64,000 bases of DNA, taken from positions 256,001-320,000 of the forward strand of contig CAWGMQ010000004.1 of NCBI GenBank assembly GCA_963823665.1, given 5' to 3'. Every line of letters begins with the position of its first letter. Position 1 is the stretch's first letter. Origin of the DNA: an uncultured Planctomycetota bacterium (GTDB lineage: Bacteria > Planctomycetota > Planctomycetia > Isosphaerales > Isosphaeraceae). The translations under genes and the position numbers were made by a program. The notes beneath the pieces were generated by a model that had not been told where the DNA came from, did no database searches, and saw only the letters and a program-made list of their open reading frames with translations. Positions 11,608 through 22,685 of the stretch are shown piece by piece.

Positions 11608-11853
11608 ATGACGCCCCGCCGCCATTCCGATAGCCCAACAATCTTGCTGCGCGTGAGCGACGGGACCTTTCACACGCATCGCTCGTTCAACGACTTTTTC
11701 CAGGCAACTCAGAGTGCCGAGGCATATGCCGGGGCGGGCTTCACCGTCGCGATGATTTCGGCGACCGGCCGGTATTTGATGGGCTTCGAGCCCCGGCGTC
11801 AGAAGGTAGCTGTCAAGAACTGGCCACCTGCAGAACAGCCGTCTCGCCCGTGA
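11608..11853 (+). CDS. Small hypothetical protein (about 81 aa)
   Basis: GGAG RBS before ATG 11608; globular-looking sequence in an otherwise intergenic region. Confidence 0.5.
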   Translation: MTPRRHSDSPTILLRVSDGTFHTHRSFNDFFQATQSAEAYAGAGFTVAMISATGRYLMGFEPRRQKVAVKNWPPAEQPSRP

Positions 11854-12073
11854 AAATGGGCTATTTTTCGACGATTACGCGAAAAAAACCCGGAATAATG
11901 CGGCAAAATCGGGCATTTTCCTGGTTTTGCCGCTTGTTTTCGACATAATCGTCGGGTACGAACAGCAGAAGCTGGATGAAATCGCTCTCGTTGTGAGGGC
12001 GAAAGAGTGCCAGGCTACTCGAAATCGTACGAGACGACTGACTGATTGACTTTCACAGGAGGTTTCAGGATCC

Positions 12074-12397
12074 ATGGCCAAGAAAGCCGCCACAGTGAAG
12101 GCTGCAACCAAGGGCGAGGTTTACACCAAGATAGCCGGCAAGACGGGATTGACCAAAAAGCAGGTCTCCACCGTCTTCGACGCGCTCACCGAGATGATCG
12201 GCAACGAGCTCGGCAAGAAGGGTCCCGGCATTTTCCAGGTTCCGGGCCTGCTCAAGCTCAAGGTCATCCGCAAGCCCGCCACCAAGGCAAAGACCGGCAT
12301 CAACCCCTTCACGAAGGAACCGATGATGTACAAGGCCAAACCCGCACGCAACGTCGTCAAGGCGCTGCCGCTCAAATCACTCAAGGAGATGGTCTGA
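12074..12397 (+). CDS. HU family DNA-binding protein
   Basis: IAGKTGLTKKQV, FQVPGLLKL, KTGINPFTKE, KAKPARNVVK; strong GGAGG RBS. Confidence 0.92.
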   Translation: MAKKAATVKAATKGEVYTKIAGKTGLTKKQVSTVFDALTEMIGNELGKKGPGIFQVPGLLKLKVIRKPATKAKTGINPFTKEPMMYKAKPARNVVKALPLKSLKEMV

Positions 12398-12534
12398 TTC
12401 GTTTGGTTGCCTCGCTGCGCCGGTAATCGACCCTGGAGCGCGACGAGACCCGATCGACCCGTGCCGGGCGCGCAAGTTCTCTTGCCAGCGCCCGGCGCGG
12501 TCGAATGATCCTTGGCCAACCCCGCTCCGCGTAC

Positions 12535-13509
12535 TCACGCATTCGCCGCCAACCCTGTCGCCTTCTGCTCCCGGTACCAGGCCACGTACCAGTGCAGCCC
12601 TTCTTCAAATGCTGTCCGCGGTGCGTACCCCAACTCGTCTGCCGCGCGTTCGATTGACGCAAAAGTCTGCCGCACGTCTCCCGGCTGTTCGGGAAAGCCT
12701 TCGATGCTCGGAGTTTTCCCAAGCGCCCGCCCGATTGATTCGATCACCTCGCGCAGAGCGACCGGCTGTGAATGGCCCAGGTTATACAGATGATGAGTCG
12801 CGCAGCGCTCGATCGCGCGACAGATTCCGTCGACGATGTCGGCCACATAGGTGTAATCACGCCGGCTGGTGCCGTCGCCGAACATTGGCACCGCCAGCCC
12901 CTGGTCGATCAAGCGCGTAAACTTGGCGATCGCCAGATCGGGGCGATTGCGCGGACCGTAGGCTGTGAAGAACCGCAAACCCGTCACCGGCAACCCGTGC
13001 AAATGATGGAACGTGTGCGCCAACAGCTCGCAGGACCGCTTGGTCGCGGCGTAGGGGCTGACCGGGAGATCGACCGGGTCTGATTCTCGAAATGGCCCGG
13101 ATGCTCGGTTGCCGTACACGCTCGAGCTCGATGCGTAGACGAATCGCGGTCGCGGCTCCAGCCGGCATGCCGCCTCCAGAAAGGCGAGCGTACCCAGCAC
13201 GTTCACCTCCGCATAGAGACGCGGCTCAAGAATGCTCGGCCGCACGCCCGCCTTCGCCGCAAGGTGCACGATCGCGTCAGGCCGAAAATGTTCGACGAGC
13301 GCGGCGGCACGGGGTGCATCCCGGATGTCCTGTTCTTCCAGACGAAAACCTGGGTTCTTACGGGCTTCGACCAGGTTCGATTCCTTGAGCGCCCGGTCGT
13401 AGAACGGGTCGAAATTGTCGACCGCCGTCACTTCCGCGCCGGCCGCCAGGAGCCGGTCCACAAGCTGCGAGCCGATGAAACCGGCGCCGCCGGTCACGAT
13501 GATTCTCAT
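12535..13509 (-). CDS. NAD-dependent epimerase (UDP-glucuronate 4-epimerase/WcaG-like)
   Basis: TGGAGFIG, HLAAKAGVRPS, YASSSSVYG, YAATK, LRFFTAYGPRNRPDLA. Confidence 0.9.
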   Translation of the reverse strand: MRIIVTGGAGFIGSQLVDRLLAAGAEVTAVDNFDPFYDRALKESNLVEARKNPGFRLEEQDIRDAPRAAALVEHFRPDAIVHLAAKAGVRPSILEPRLYAEVNVLGTLAFLEAACRLEPRPRFVYASSSSVYGNRASGPFRESDPVDLPVSPYAATKRSCELLAHTFHHLHGLPVTGLRFFTAYGPRNRPDLAIAKFTRLIDQGLAVPMFGDGTSRRDYTYVADIVDGICRAIERCATHHLYNLGHSQPVALREVIESIGRALGKTPSIEGFPEQPGDVRQTFASIERAADELGYAPRTAFEEGLHWYVAWYREQKATGLAANA

Positions 13510-13513
13510 CTTG

Positions 13514-16440
13514 TCATTCGACCGTGAATTCCCAGTGGAAGGCGGCGGTCTTGCCGTCGATCGAGAGCATCACGCCCTCGCCGTGAGGCAAGCCCTCGAG
13601 CGTGACCGGGGCGACCCGCTCGCCTTCGTTGTTCAGCACGTAGCACCGCACATCTCCTTTGCGCTTCCACTTGACGGTCGCCGTGACCGGCTCCTGGAGA
13701 AACGGCGGGCGTCCGGGATTGGCGACCTCCCGCTTCCAGCCGTTCACCCAGCGAAAATCGGTCGGCTGCACCCGGGCAATCGCCGAGACGAGCAAGCGCT
13801 TGGTCGACGCGATCGGCTCGTTGCTGAGCGAAGTTGCCACCAGCACGGCGAACGGGTTCTCGGTCGCGAGCTCGACTTGCGGGAAGGAAGCGGTTTCACC
13901 ACGGAACCAACCGGCCACGCCTTGAGTGAACGGGGTCTCGAAATAAAGCCGGCCGCGGGCAGGATCCCATTCACTTCCGCTCCGCCGCCGCCCCTTGCCG
14001 GTGCCCTTGCCCACGGCTTCGGCTGCGCGGCCCTTGGTTTCGCCCGACTCGCCGCGCCCGCGCAGGAAAAGCGAAGCCGCGTGCGGCAACAGGGCGTAGA
14101 CGTGCGGGCTGCCGTTGAGTGCTTCAGGAATCTGGTAGAGATCTTCTCCACCCACCGTTCCCGCCGGCCCCTCGCCCCAGACCTGCGGGTACAGAAAAAC
14201 CCCGCGCCGAACCACGCCATCCCAATCGGAATTCACCGCCATGTACACGCCGAGCAGATAATCTGCAGCCTCATCCGGGAACGACCAGGCTGGAGTCGTC
14301 TGGTTGCACCACTGGCCGAGCACATAGGGCCGATCGGCCCGACGCTTGATTCCCGCAATCGAATCCAGACCCCTTGCAGGTGAAGCCCATATCATCGAGC
14401 GGATCTCCGGCGACGCCCAGGGCAAGGGTGGCCAGTAGATCCGATCGTCAATCAAGTCCAGTCCCGTCCCCGCCAGCGCGGCGCAGAACTCGCCTTCGCG
14501 CCGCCAGTGCGAGACGCTGGCAATGGGGGCTTTCAGATCGTCTTTGCGGAGTGCCTCGGCCATCTTCTTGAACTGGCCCGACTCGAGCGACTCCCAGAAC
14601 CGATGGCCCGCCGCCGCCTGCGTCCGCCGTTCCAGCTCGGCCAGCTTCTTGGCGTAGGGCTCAGGCATTGCGCGAGGATTGTCGAGCAGGTCAAACAACG
14701 ATGTTTCGCCGGCCAGGGTCACCCAGGCCAGGGCCGGGTCTTCCTTGAGCGCCAGCTCGGTCTCCAAGTTCTTGTGGCCCAGGAGCGCCGTCGCCGATTT
14801 GAGTGCGAGTTGGCCCATCCGGCTGTCGAAGATCGCGGCCGGGCCGCCCCCGGAAGGAAGCAAGCCGTGAAGCGCGACGCCGTCGTCGACGCGAAACCGC
14901 CGCTTGCTCTGAAGCTCGACCGCTACGTAGATGCCCCGTTTTTTCAGCTCGGCGATCAGGTGGTCCAGCCGCTCGACGGCTTTCGGGTCAAACTCCTTGG
15001 TGTCGTCCCGCGCGTCGTCGAACAAGCTCCGGTCCGGCCCGTAAGCGGCATCGAGATCACCCAGTCGCACCAGGTTCACACCCGATCGAGCCAAGCGGTC
15101 AGCAAGCCGCTCGGCCAGCTCGGCGGGCTGGAAAGCCGCCGGCGGCAAGAGGCAAACTCCGAAGAACCGCGCACGCTCCTTGCCGCCGAACGTGAGATGT
15201 CCGTCCTTGACGGTCACCGGCCCTTTTTCGCCGGCCGGCGCCCGCAGCAGAAACGAAACATCGAGCGCGCTCTCGGCCTTGATCTCGCGCGAGGGCGGCA
15301 TCTCGAGCCAGTCGCGAGTATCCTCGGACACATCAAACGGTGACCATTCGCCCTCTTCCGGGTTGGGTGAAGCGGTGATTCGCACGTCGTCGAACCGGAT
15401 CGCTCCGATCGAGTCGTTCTTCTGGATTTGAAAGACGGCGCGGCGCGCCGGGCAGGCACCCGTACAAAAGCGCGGTCGACCCGCCAGTCAAAACTGTCCG
15501 ACCAGGTCAGCAGGAACTCCCGACCCTGCACCGGCCGTCCAGTATCGTCCAGGAAAAAAACGGTGGCACCGGCGCCTCCCGCGCCCCGAAGGCCGTTCGC
15601 CCGAACGGCGATCGAAATATCAAGCCCTTGCAAACCCGCAACCTCGGTCGCCAGCCCGGCCATCAGCCGGGAATTCCCCGCCCGGAGCTCGGCCGCGGCC
15701 GATGAATTGAAGCCGGGGAACACACGCTTCGCATCACGTTCCACCGCCCAGCAATAGGGAGCCGGATCGCCCAGCTCAAAATCACCATTGACGATCAGAT
15801 TCGCGCTCGTGGTCGGCCCGACTTCGATCAGCTTGAACGTCAGCCCGTCGATATCCAGCATGCCCGTCGAACCCATGAGCCCGATCGACATGATCGCGTC
15901 TTTCGTTCCGGAAGGAATCGGGATCCGCTTGACGACCCGGGTCCAGGTCCCCTTGATCGATTGGGTCCAGGGTCCCAGTGACCCGCGACCGAGCGCCTTA
16001 CCGGCGGCACCATGCGGATCGGCCCCGAGGAAATCGATGAATAAGGCCGGCTCGGACCCATCACGCTCACCGACCTGGACATTGCTCTGCCGCACCCAGA
16101 GCCCTAGCTCGATCGCTTCGGCCTTCTTACCGTCGATCCCGAAGGCGCGGCTGAGCGTTGTAAGCCGCCCCGGACGGCTACATTCGAACCGAACGAACTG
16201 CGGCCCGACCGGGCCGCCTTCGGGCATCAACTTTGCTCCCTGCGCGTTGTACCAGCCGTCGGGAAGTCCATCGTGATTGGCATCGGTCTCCAGGTCGTCG
16301 AGGGAAGGGGGAGGAGTGCGCACGATCAGCGCTTCCGGGCCTTCCTGCGCACGACTCCGGCCCAGGCCGATATCCGTCATTCCGGCCGCGACGACTAACG
16401 CCAGGAACACCCGCCCCCAGGTATGATAGAACCCCCTCAC
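13514..16440 (-). CDS. Exported protein with two CBM-like beta-sandwich domains and a GH5/clan-A-like barrel; frameshift near 15445
   Basis: Signal peptide; DGLPDGW and NLIVNGDFE CBM4_9-like motifs; RFFGVCL...LADRLARSGVNLVRL...LKKRGIY...DPALAWV in ORF 13514..15385. Confidence 0.7.
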
Positions 16441-16522
16441 GACGACTCCTCGCCGATCAAACGGCTAGCGGTTGCGATCTACGGGCGCAGCCAAACTCGA
16501 AATCTCAATTGTGGGGAAAAGG

Positions 16523-17341
16523 TCACGGTTTCTTTTCAGCACCCCGCTTGGCGGCGGCCTCGTCCAGGGCCTTGCCGGTCATGGGCACGAACAACGTCGG
16601 CTTGAGCTCCTTCTTGGTCAGCTTGCCGTCCTTTTTCGTCACCAGCCACACACTCTGCGTATACCGGTCACCCAGGGGAATCACCATTCGCCCCCCTTCC
16701 TTGAGCTGGTCTAAGAGCGGCTGCGGAATCGCCTGCGGCGCACAAGTGACGATGATCGAATCGAACGGCGCCGCCTCGGGCCATCCTTCGTATCCGTCGC
16801 CAACTCGAGTGTGAATATTCTTGTATCCCAGCTCTTTATGGACCTTGGTGGCCCCCTCCGAAAGCGGCTTGTGAATCTCGACCGAGTAGACCTCCTTCAC
16901 CAGTCGCGACAGGATCGCCGATTGATAACCCGAGCCCGTGCCCACCTCGTAGACAACGTCTGTGGGCTTGGGATCGAGCACCTCGGTCATGAAGGCAACG
17001 TCGTAGGGCGGCGTGATGGTCTGGCCCTCGCCGATCGGAATCGACTCGTCGTCATATGCCTGGCGCTGCGTCCCCTTGGGCAGGAACTTATGCCGCGGCA
17101 CTGTCCGGAACGCATCGAGCACGCGTTTGTTCTTGATCCCGCGCTCGGCAAGGTGCCGCTCGACCATGCGGTGGCGCAACCGCACGTCCGGATCGGCGGG
17201 GTCGGAGGTCACCTTCTTGTCGCCAGCTTCGTTCTTGTCGGCAGCTTTGGATTCTTGATCCTGACCACGCGCCGCAGACACGGCGGCGCCCAAAAAGAAC
17301 ACTCCCGCCAGCATGCCCGCCCAGAGCACGTGTCGCACCAT
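16523..17341 (-). CDS. pcm: Protein-L-isoaspartate O-methyltransferase with an N-terminal signal-peptide-like segment
   Basis: VPRHKF, PIGEGQTITPP, EVGTGSGYQ, GDGYEGWPEAAPFDSIIVT, FVPMTG. Confidence 0.9.
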   Translation of the reverse strand: MVRHVLWAGMLAGVFFLGAAVSAARGQDQESKAADKNEAGDKKVTSDPADPDVRLRHRMVERHLAERGIKNKRVLDAFRTVPRHKFLPKGTQRQAYDDESIPIGEGQTITPPYDVAFMTEVLDPKPTDVVYEVGTGSGYQSAILSRLVKEVYSVEIHKPLSEGATKVHKELGYKNIHTRVGDGYEGWPEAAPFDSIIVTCAPQAIPQPLLDQLKEGGRMVIPLGDRYTQSVWLVTKKDGKLTKKELKPTLFVPMTGKALDEAAAKRGAEKKP

Positions 17342-17507
17342 AAGTCGAGCCTCCCCACACATGAAACCGATCGGCCCCGATCAAGCAATCGCCATTCGCT
17401 AATCATAGCTCAACACGCGATTGATCGTACAGGGCGAGGTGGGATGCGCACTGGCACTTCCAGCTTGCTTCGATCGCCATAGCGCGATACAATTTGAATA
17501 GACTACA

Positions 17508-17519
17508 TGGTATATACCA
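17508..17519. promoter_or_regulatory. Perfect 12-bp palindrome TGGTATATACCA, candidate vapBC operator
   Basis: About 20 bp upstream of the vapB start in an AT-rich promoter-like region. Confidence 0.6.
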
Positions 17520-17538
17520 GCCTTCGCGGAGCCTTCTC

Positions 17539-17766
17539 GTGCACAAAGCCAAAGTCTTCAAGAACGGCCGCAGCCAGGCCATCCGGCTGCCCAAGGAGTT
17601 CCGAGTGGATGCGACCGAAGTGTATCTCAAGAAAACACCGGAAGGCTTCCTCGTCATTCCTCGCGATCCCTGGGAGATCTTCTTTGAAGGCGTCGAAAAG
17701 CTGTCCGACGATTTCATGGCCGGCGGTCGAGAACAGCCCCGGCAGAAACGATCCTGGAAGCGATGA
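17539..17766 (+). CDS. vapB: AbrB/VapB antitoxin
   Basis: AKVFKNGRSQAIRLPKEFR; GGAG RBS before GTG; ATGA overlap with the toxin gene. Confidence 0.92.
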   Translation: MHKAKVFKNGRSQAIRLPKEFRVDATEVYLKKTPEGFLVIPRDPWEIFFEGVEKLSDDFMAGGREQPRQKRSWKR

Positions 17767-18203
17767 TCTACTTGCTCGACACAGACATGCTGATCTACAT
17801 GGCACGCGGCGTGAAGTCGACCAAACCGCACAAAAATCAGGAGCGCGCCCGCAAACTGATCGAGCGTTGCAAACAAACTCAGGCCGCCGGTGATTGGGTG
17901 GGCTTGTCGGCGATCACGGTTTCTGAGCTCGAATTCGCTGCGCAAGAAAGCGGTAAATACGAGTCAGAAATCGACGCGGTTTGGAAGGTGCTCGCTCCGT
18001 TCGAGATCTACGACTACGACGGCGTCGCTTGCCCCGGCCATTATGGCCAGGTGCGCAACGATTTCGAGTCTCGAGGAGTCACGATCGGCTCTATGGATTT
18101 GCTCATCGCCGCCCATGCCTTGGCGCTTGGCGCTACGCTCGTCTCGAACAACATCGAGCACTTCTCTCGCGTGACGGGCCTGACAACTGTCAACTGGGCC
18201 TGA
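17763..18203 (+). CDS. vapC: PIN-domain VapC toxin
   Basis: YLLDTD, SAITVSEL, IGSMDLLIAAHALALGATLVSNN. Confidence 0.92.
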   Translation: MIYLLDTDMLIYMARGVKSTKPHKNQERARKLIERCKQTQAAGDWVGLSAITVSELEFAAQESGKYESEIDAVWKVLAPFEIYDYDGVACPGHYGQVRNDFESRGVTIGSMDLLIAAHALALGATLVSNNIEHFSRVTGLTTVNWA

Positions 18204-18353
18204 CAGGTGAACGTACGGAACGGTGCATCGGAGACCCATCAATGCCGAAACACCGCTTGGTCGATTTCGTATCCTGGGCTATAATCGATCGTTGAGGCGC
18301 ATTCAACCGCATCTGGAAGCTGACCCGTCTGAACGCCCTGGAGAAAACGGCCC

Positions 18354-18818
18354 ATGCGGGCTTCCGCATTCTGCCTGTGGATTGGATCGGTCTTCTTGGT
18401 GGCCGCGCCGCCACAAACCGCTGCGCCTGAGACAGTGACTCTGCTCGGGAAAGTGCTCACCTTGACCGAAGCCCTCAAGGAACGTGGCCTGGGCCTCGAC
18501 GCCGACCCCGAGCCTGCCGCCAAGCAGGCGGTGCTCCTGGGTAAAGATGGAACCATCACGCCGTTGTTGTCCGACGAGACCAGTCGCGCCCTTTTCGTGG
18601 ATGCACGATTGAGAAACCGCAATGCCCGGATCGTGGGGCGGCGATTCGCGGGTTTGCCGTATCTCCAGGTCGTGACGATTGAAGTCGAGAGCGAGGGCAA
18701 GCTGCGCACACCCGAATACTTCTGCGACGTTTGCACAATCAGCGTCCGTTACCCCCAGATTTGCCCGTGCTGCCAAGGCCCGATGGAGCTTCGCATGGCG
18801 CCCGATCCGGGCAACTGA
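18354..18818 (+). CDS. Exported hypothetical protein with a C-terminal Cys-rich (CDVC...CPCCQGPM) metal-binding motif
   Basis: Signal-like N-terminus; YFCDVCTI...ICPCCQGPMELR. Confidence 0.7.
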   Translation: MRASAFCLWIGSVFLVAAPPQTAAPETVTLLGKVLTLTEALKERGLGLDADPEPAAKQAVLLGKDGTITPLLSDETSRALFVDARLRNRNARIVGRRFAGLPYLQVVTIEVESEGKLRTPEYFCDVCTISVRYPQICPCCQGPMELRMAPDPGN

Positions 18819-18939
18819 TCCCCCGACCGGTGATCGTACCCGTTCGATCGCTCCGTAACGCCTGACTCGGCGATTTTGAGTTCCGTGTGCGTCTGTTGTT
18901 CTTGATGAGCGTTGCAAGCCCGGCCCGAGGACTCCCGGC

Positions 18940-20169
18940 ATGTCTTCCGCGGAAATCGCCAACCTGCTGCTCGGTCTGGTCGCCGCCGTGGCGGTGGTTT
19001 CGACCATCGGGGGAATTGCGTGCGTGATGTGGGTCACCCGCGCGCGAAAAAACCTTCCCGAACATACACCCCCGGTGACCATTCTCAAGCCGATCAAGGG
19101 GCTCGATGAAGGTATCGAGCGAAACCTCCGAAGTTTCTTCCAGCTCGATTATCCGTGCTACCAGCTTCTGTTCTGCGTCGCCGATCATGATGACCCAGCC
19201 ATCGGCGTGATCCGCAAGCTCATGGCCGAATTTCCGCTTCAAGATTCGCACCTGGTGATCGGCTGTGCGGCGTTCGGGCTCAACCCCAAGGTCGAAAGCT
19301 TGGCGGCCATGGAGCCGCATCGCAAGCACGACGTGATCTTGATCAGCGACTCGAATGTCCTCGCCCGGCCCTCGTACCTTCGCGAGACCGCCTGCTATCT
19401 CGCCGATCCCGGCGTTGGCTTGGTGTCCAACATCTTCGCCGGCGCGGGCGAAGTGCACCCGGGCGCCGTCATGGAAAACCTTCAGCTCAACGGCTTCATC
19501 GCGGCCGGAGTAGCCGCCGCCGCAGTCTTTCGCGCCACATGCGTCGTGGGCAAATCGATGCTCTTGCGCGCGGATGTGCTCCGGGCAATCGGAGGTTTCG
19601 CGGCCGTTCGCAACGTGCTGGCCGAGGATCAAGTCATCGCAATCCGGGTGCGTCAGGCCGGCTACTCGATCCGCCTGAGCCACCACGTCATCGAAAACGT
19701 CAACTCGCATCGCGGTCTGAAGTGGTTCTTGAACCGTCATAGTCGCTGGTACAAGATGCGGCGCCGGCTCGCCTTTCCGGCATTCATCGCCGAGCCGATC
19801 GCCAACCTGGCGACCGTGGGGCTCGTCTGGGCGTTCTCGGGCGATTCCGGAATTGCCTGGGGCGGACTGACAGTCCTGGTCGGCCTGGGAATCGTGCGTG
19901 ACGCCGTGCAAACTCGCTGGCTCCGCGGCTCGTACCCCAAGCTCAGACACTTGGTTTATAGCCCGATCAAGGACATCCTGCTCTTCCCCGTCTGGCTCGA
20001 CGCAATTCTGAATCAACGAGTTCAGTGGCGCGGGCACCGGTTCTCCGTCGGGCGGATGACGCGTCTCCGCCGCGTCTCTATCCCACGCCGAACCCGCCGC
20101 AGTCTCTCGCGCGTTCGAAAACTCCGCTCGCGGAATCCTTCCGAGCGGCGCGATCGCCCTCCGGAATGA
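18940..20169 (+). CDS. Ceramide glucosyltransferase/HpnI-like GT2 (GT21) glycosyltransferase
   Basis: PVTILKPIKG, NPKV, ISDSN, VGKSMLLR, LAED, RHSRW, C-terminal TM helices, WRG. Confidence 0.85.
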   Translation: MSSAEIANLLLGLVAAVAVVSTIGGIACVMWVTRARKNLPEHTPPVTILKPIKGLDEGIERNLRSFFQLDYPCYQLLFCVADHDDPAIGVIRKLMAEFPLQDSHLVIGCAAFGLNPKVESLAAMEPHRKHDVILISDSNVLARPSYLRETACYLADPGVGLVSNIFAGAGEVHPGAVMENLQLNGFIAAGVAAAAVFRATCVVGKSMLLRADVLRAIGGFAAVRNVLAEDQVIAIRVRQAGYSIRLSHHVIENVNSHRGLKWFLNRHSRWYKMRRRLAFPAFIAEPIANLATVGLVWAFSGDSGIAWGGLTVLVGLGIVRDAVQTRWLRGSYPKLRHLVYSPIKDILLFPVWLDAILNQRVQWRGHRFSVGRMTRLRRVSIPRRTRRSLSRVRKLRSRNPSERRDRPPE

Positions 20170-20292
20170 GCATCCGCCGCAAATTCTGTCCACGAGAGCT
20201 CACGAGATCTTGATTCTCACGGCGAGTCGGCGAATGATATGCGCTGTGATCGCCGCTGTCACTCAGGCCCCTTGACCCACGGAGCCCGCTTG

Positions 20293-21936
20293 ATGGAAGT
20301 AAAATCGAGCGCATCGGCATCCGATGCATGTGAGTTAGACCCTTCCCCGGCCCGGCCCCACGCCTCGCCACGACGCAGGTACGGCTGTTCCGCCTCACCT
20401 CTCCTTCCCGCCGCGCTGGCGGGCCTTCTGCTCTCCTTCAACACGGCTTCGAGCTCGTTCGCCCAGACCACAACAGCGCCGCTTGGCCTCGAGCGAGTGC
20501 AGAAGTCTGGAGAGCTGCGCTATGGCAGCGACATGGAAGGCGGCGGTCCCTACGCATATCCCGACCCCTCCCCGCGCGGCGTGACCGGCTTTGAAGTCGA
20601 GCTGATGGCCTTGCTCGCGAAAGAGCTGAGCGTCACACCGGTCTACTCGCAAGGCCAGTGGGACAAGTTGCTGCAGTTGCTCTCGTCTCGCCGCATCGAC
20701 ATCGTCTCAAACGGCTACGAGTGGTCCGAGCCACACGGTCGCGACTACCTGGCGACTCGCCCCTATTATGTCTATCAGTTGCAGTTGATCGGCCGCCGCG
20801 ACGGGGCGCTCCACTCCTGGGCCGATCTGAAGAATGCCAGGCCAAAAGGCCGGCGCTGGAAGGTCGGCGTGCTCACCAGCTCGGCCGCCGACCAGTTCGC
20901 AACGCAGCAGGGCGGCCCGCACGTCGATGTCTTCCGATTCGACGGCGTGACCGACGCGATGCTGGCCGTTCAGAACGGCCAGTTCGACGCGACGCTGCAA
21001 GACCTGCCCGCGGCAATCTTCTATCGCCGTCAATATCCCGGCCTCGCAACTGTCGGCGAGCCGTTGTCGCGCGGCTATTACGTGATCTACGTTCGCAAGG
21101 AAGACCGTTCCCTTCGCGATGCGCTCGACCTCGGCCTGGAGCGCCTCATCAAATCCGGCGAGCTGCACCGCCTCTACGAAAAGTACGGGATCTGGAACGA
21201 GGCCCAGAACGAGCTCTCCACATTCACCGGCCCGCTCGAGCTCGTGACCCAGGAAGCCGGCGTCTCTGGTTGGGCGCTCGTCTATCAATACCGGGATCGG
21301 CTCCTCGATGCGGCGATCATTACGATTGTCCTCTCGGTGGCGTCAATGCCCCTGGCGATGGCGCTCGGGCTCTTGATCGCGGTGGCGAGGCTTTATGGAC
21401 GCGCGCCCTTGCAAGCGCTCCTGGCGGCCTATGTCGAGCTGATTCGCGGCACCCCGCTCATGCTGCAACTCTACGTGCTCTTTTACGTGCTGCCCATGAT
21501 CGGTTTGACTCTCGACCCCCTGGTCGCGGGAATCGCCGGCCTGGCGATCAATTACTCAGCCTACGAAGCCGAGATCTACCGCGCCGGGCTGCAAGCGATT
21601 CCCGCCGGCCAGATGGAGGCTGCGCAAGCCCTGGGAATGTCGCGCTCGCTCGCCCTGCGCCGCATCATCATTCCTCAGGCCACCCGCATCGTGATTCCAC
21701 CGGTCACCAACGACTTCATCGCGCTTTTCAAAGACACATCGGTCTGCTCCGTGATCACGCTCACCGAGCTGACCAAGCAGTATTCGATGCTGGCCCAGAG
21801 CACCGGCGGCGTGCTTGAGTTTGCGCTGACAGTTGCAGTGCTCTACCTGATCATGAGCCTGCCGCTTTCGTGGTTTTCGCGCTGGGCAGAACGGCGCTTG
21901 GCGGGTGGGAGCACGAAACGGGGTGCCCTGGGATGA
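20293..21936 (+). CDS. Amino-acid ABC transporter, substrate-binding (SBP_bac_3) and permease fusion
   Basis: GGGPYAY...GFEVEL; YVELIRGTPLMLQL; YEAEIYRAG; GQMEAAQALGMS; start uncertain. Confidence 0.9.
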   Translation: MEVKSSASASDACELDPSPARPHASPRRRYGCSASPLLPAALAGLLLSFNTASSSFAQTTTAPLGLERVQKSGELRYGSDMEGGGPYAYPDPSPRGVTGFEVELMALLAKELSVTPVYSQGQWDKLLQLLSSRRIDIVSNGYEWSEPHGRDYLATRPYYVYQLQLIGRRDGALHSWADLKNARPKGRRWKVGVLTSSAADQFATQQGGPHVDVFRFDGVTDAMLAVQNGQFDATLQDLPAAIFYRRQYPGLATVGEPLSRGYYVIYVRKEDRSLRDALDLGLERLIKSGELHRLYEKYGIWNEAQNELSTFTGPLELVTQEAGVSGWALVYQYRDRLLDAAIITIVLSVASMPLAMALGLLIAVARLYGRAPLQALLAAYVELIRGTPLMLQLYVLFYVLPMIGLTLDPLVAGIAGLAINYSAYEAEIYRAGLQAIPAGQMEAAQALGMSRSLALRRIIIPQATRIVIPPVTNDFIALFKDTSVCSVITLTELTKQYSMLAQSTGGVLEFALTVAVLYLIMSLPLSWFSRWAERRLAGGSTKRGALG

Positions 21937-22679
21937 TCGACGTCATCGAGCTGGTCAAGTCGCACGGCGCGACCCGGATCCTGTGCGGGGCAAGCCTCAC
22001 CGTCGCGCGCGGTGAGGTTGCTGCGATCATCGGCGCTTCCGGCAGCGGCAAGAGCACGTTTCTCCGCTGCTTGAACGGCCTCGAGACATTCGAAGCGGGC
22101 TCGGTCACGATCGACGGCCTGCGCCTCGAGCCCGCGTGCCGGTCGCGCGATTGGCCGAAAGTCCACCGCCAGGTTTGCTTGAAGGTCGGAATGGTCTTTC
22201 AGAGCTTCAACCTCTTTCCGCATCGAACGGCAATCCAGAACGTGATGGAAGCGCCGATCCATGTACTCGGCTTGCCCCGCGCCGAGGCCTATGAACGCGC
22301 GCGCAGCCTGCTCGACCGGGTCGGCCTGTCTGACCGTTTGAACGCCTGGCCGCGCCAGCTTTCCGGCGGCCAGCAACAGCGTGTGGCCATCGCCCGTGCC
22401 CTGGCCATGCAGCCCCAGGCGATCCTCTTCGACGAGCCGACGAGCGCACTCGACCCGCGCATGACCGCCGAGGTACTCGCGGTGATCACCGACCTGGCCG
22501 GTGACGGCCTGACGATGATCGTGGTGACGCACGCCATGCATTTCGCGCGAAAAGTCGCCCAAAGAGTCCACGTCTTCGACCAGGGCCGCGTGATCGAATC
22601 AGGCCCGCCCGCCCAGGTCTTTGACAACCCGCGCCACGAATCCACGCGCAACCTGCTGTCGGCCCTGGAAGCCGCATGA
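21933..22679 (+). CDS. Polar amino-acid ABC transporter ATPase (GlnQ-like)
   Basis: [38 protein letters not shown] overlap with the permease gene. Confidence 0.93.
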   Translation: MIDVIELVKSHGATRILCGASLTVARGEVAAIIGASGSGKSTFLRCLNGLETFEAGSVTIDGLRLEPACRSRDWPKVHRQVCLKVGMVFQSFNLFPHRTAIQNVMEAPIHVLGLPRAEAYERARSLLDRVGLSDRLNAWPRQLSGGQQQRVAIARALAMQPQAILFDEPTSALDPRMTAEVLAVITDLAGDGLTMIVVTHAMHFARKVAQRVHVFDQGRVIESGPPAQVFDNPRHESTRNLLSALEAA

Positions 22680-22685
22680 TTCCAA

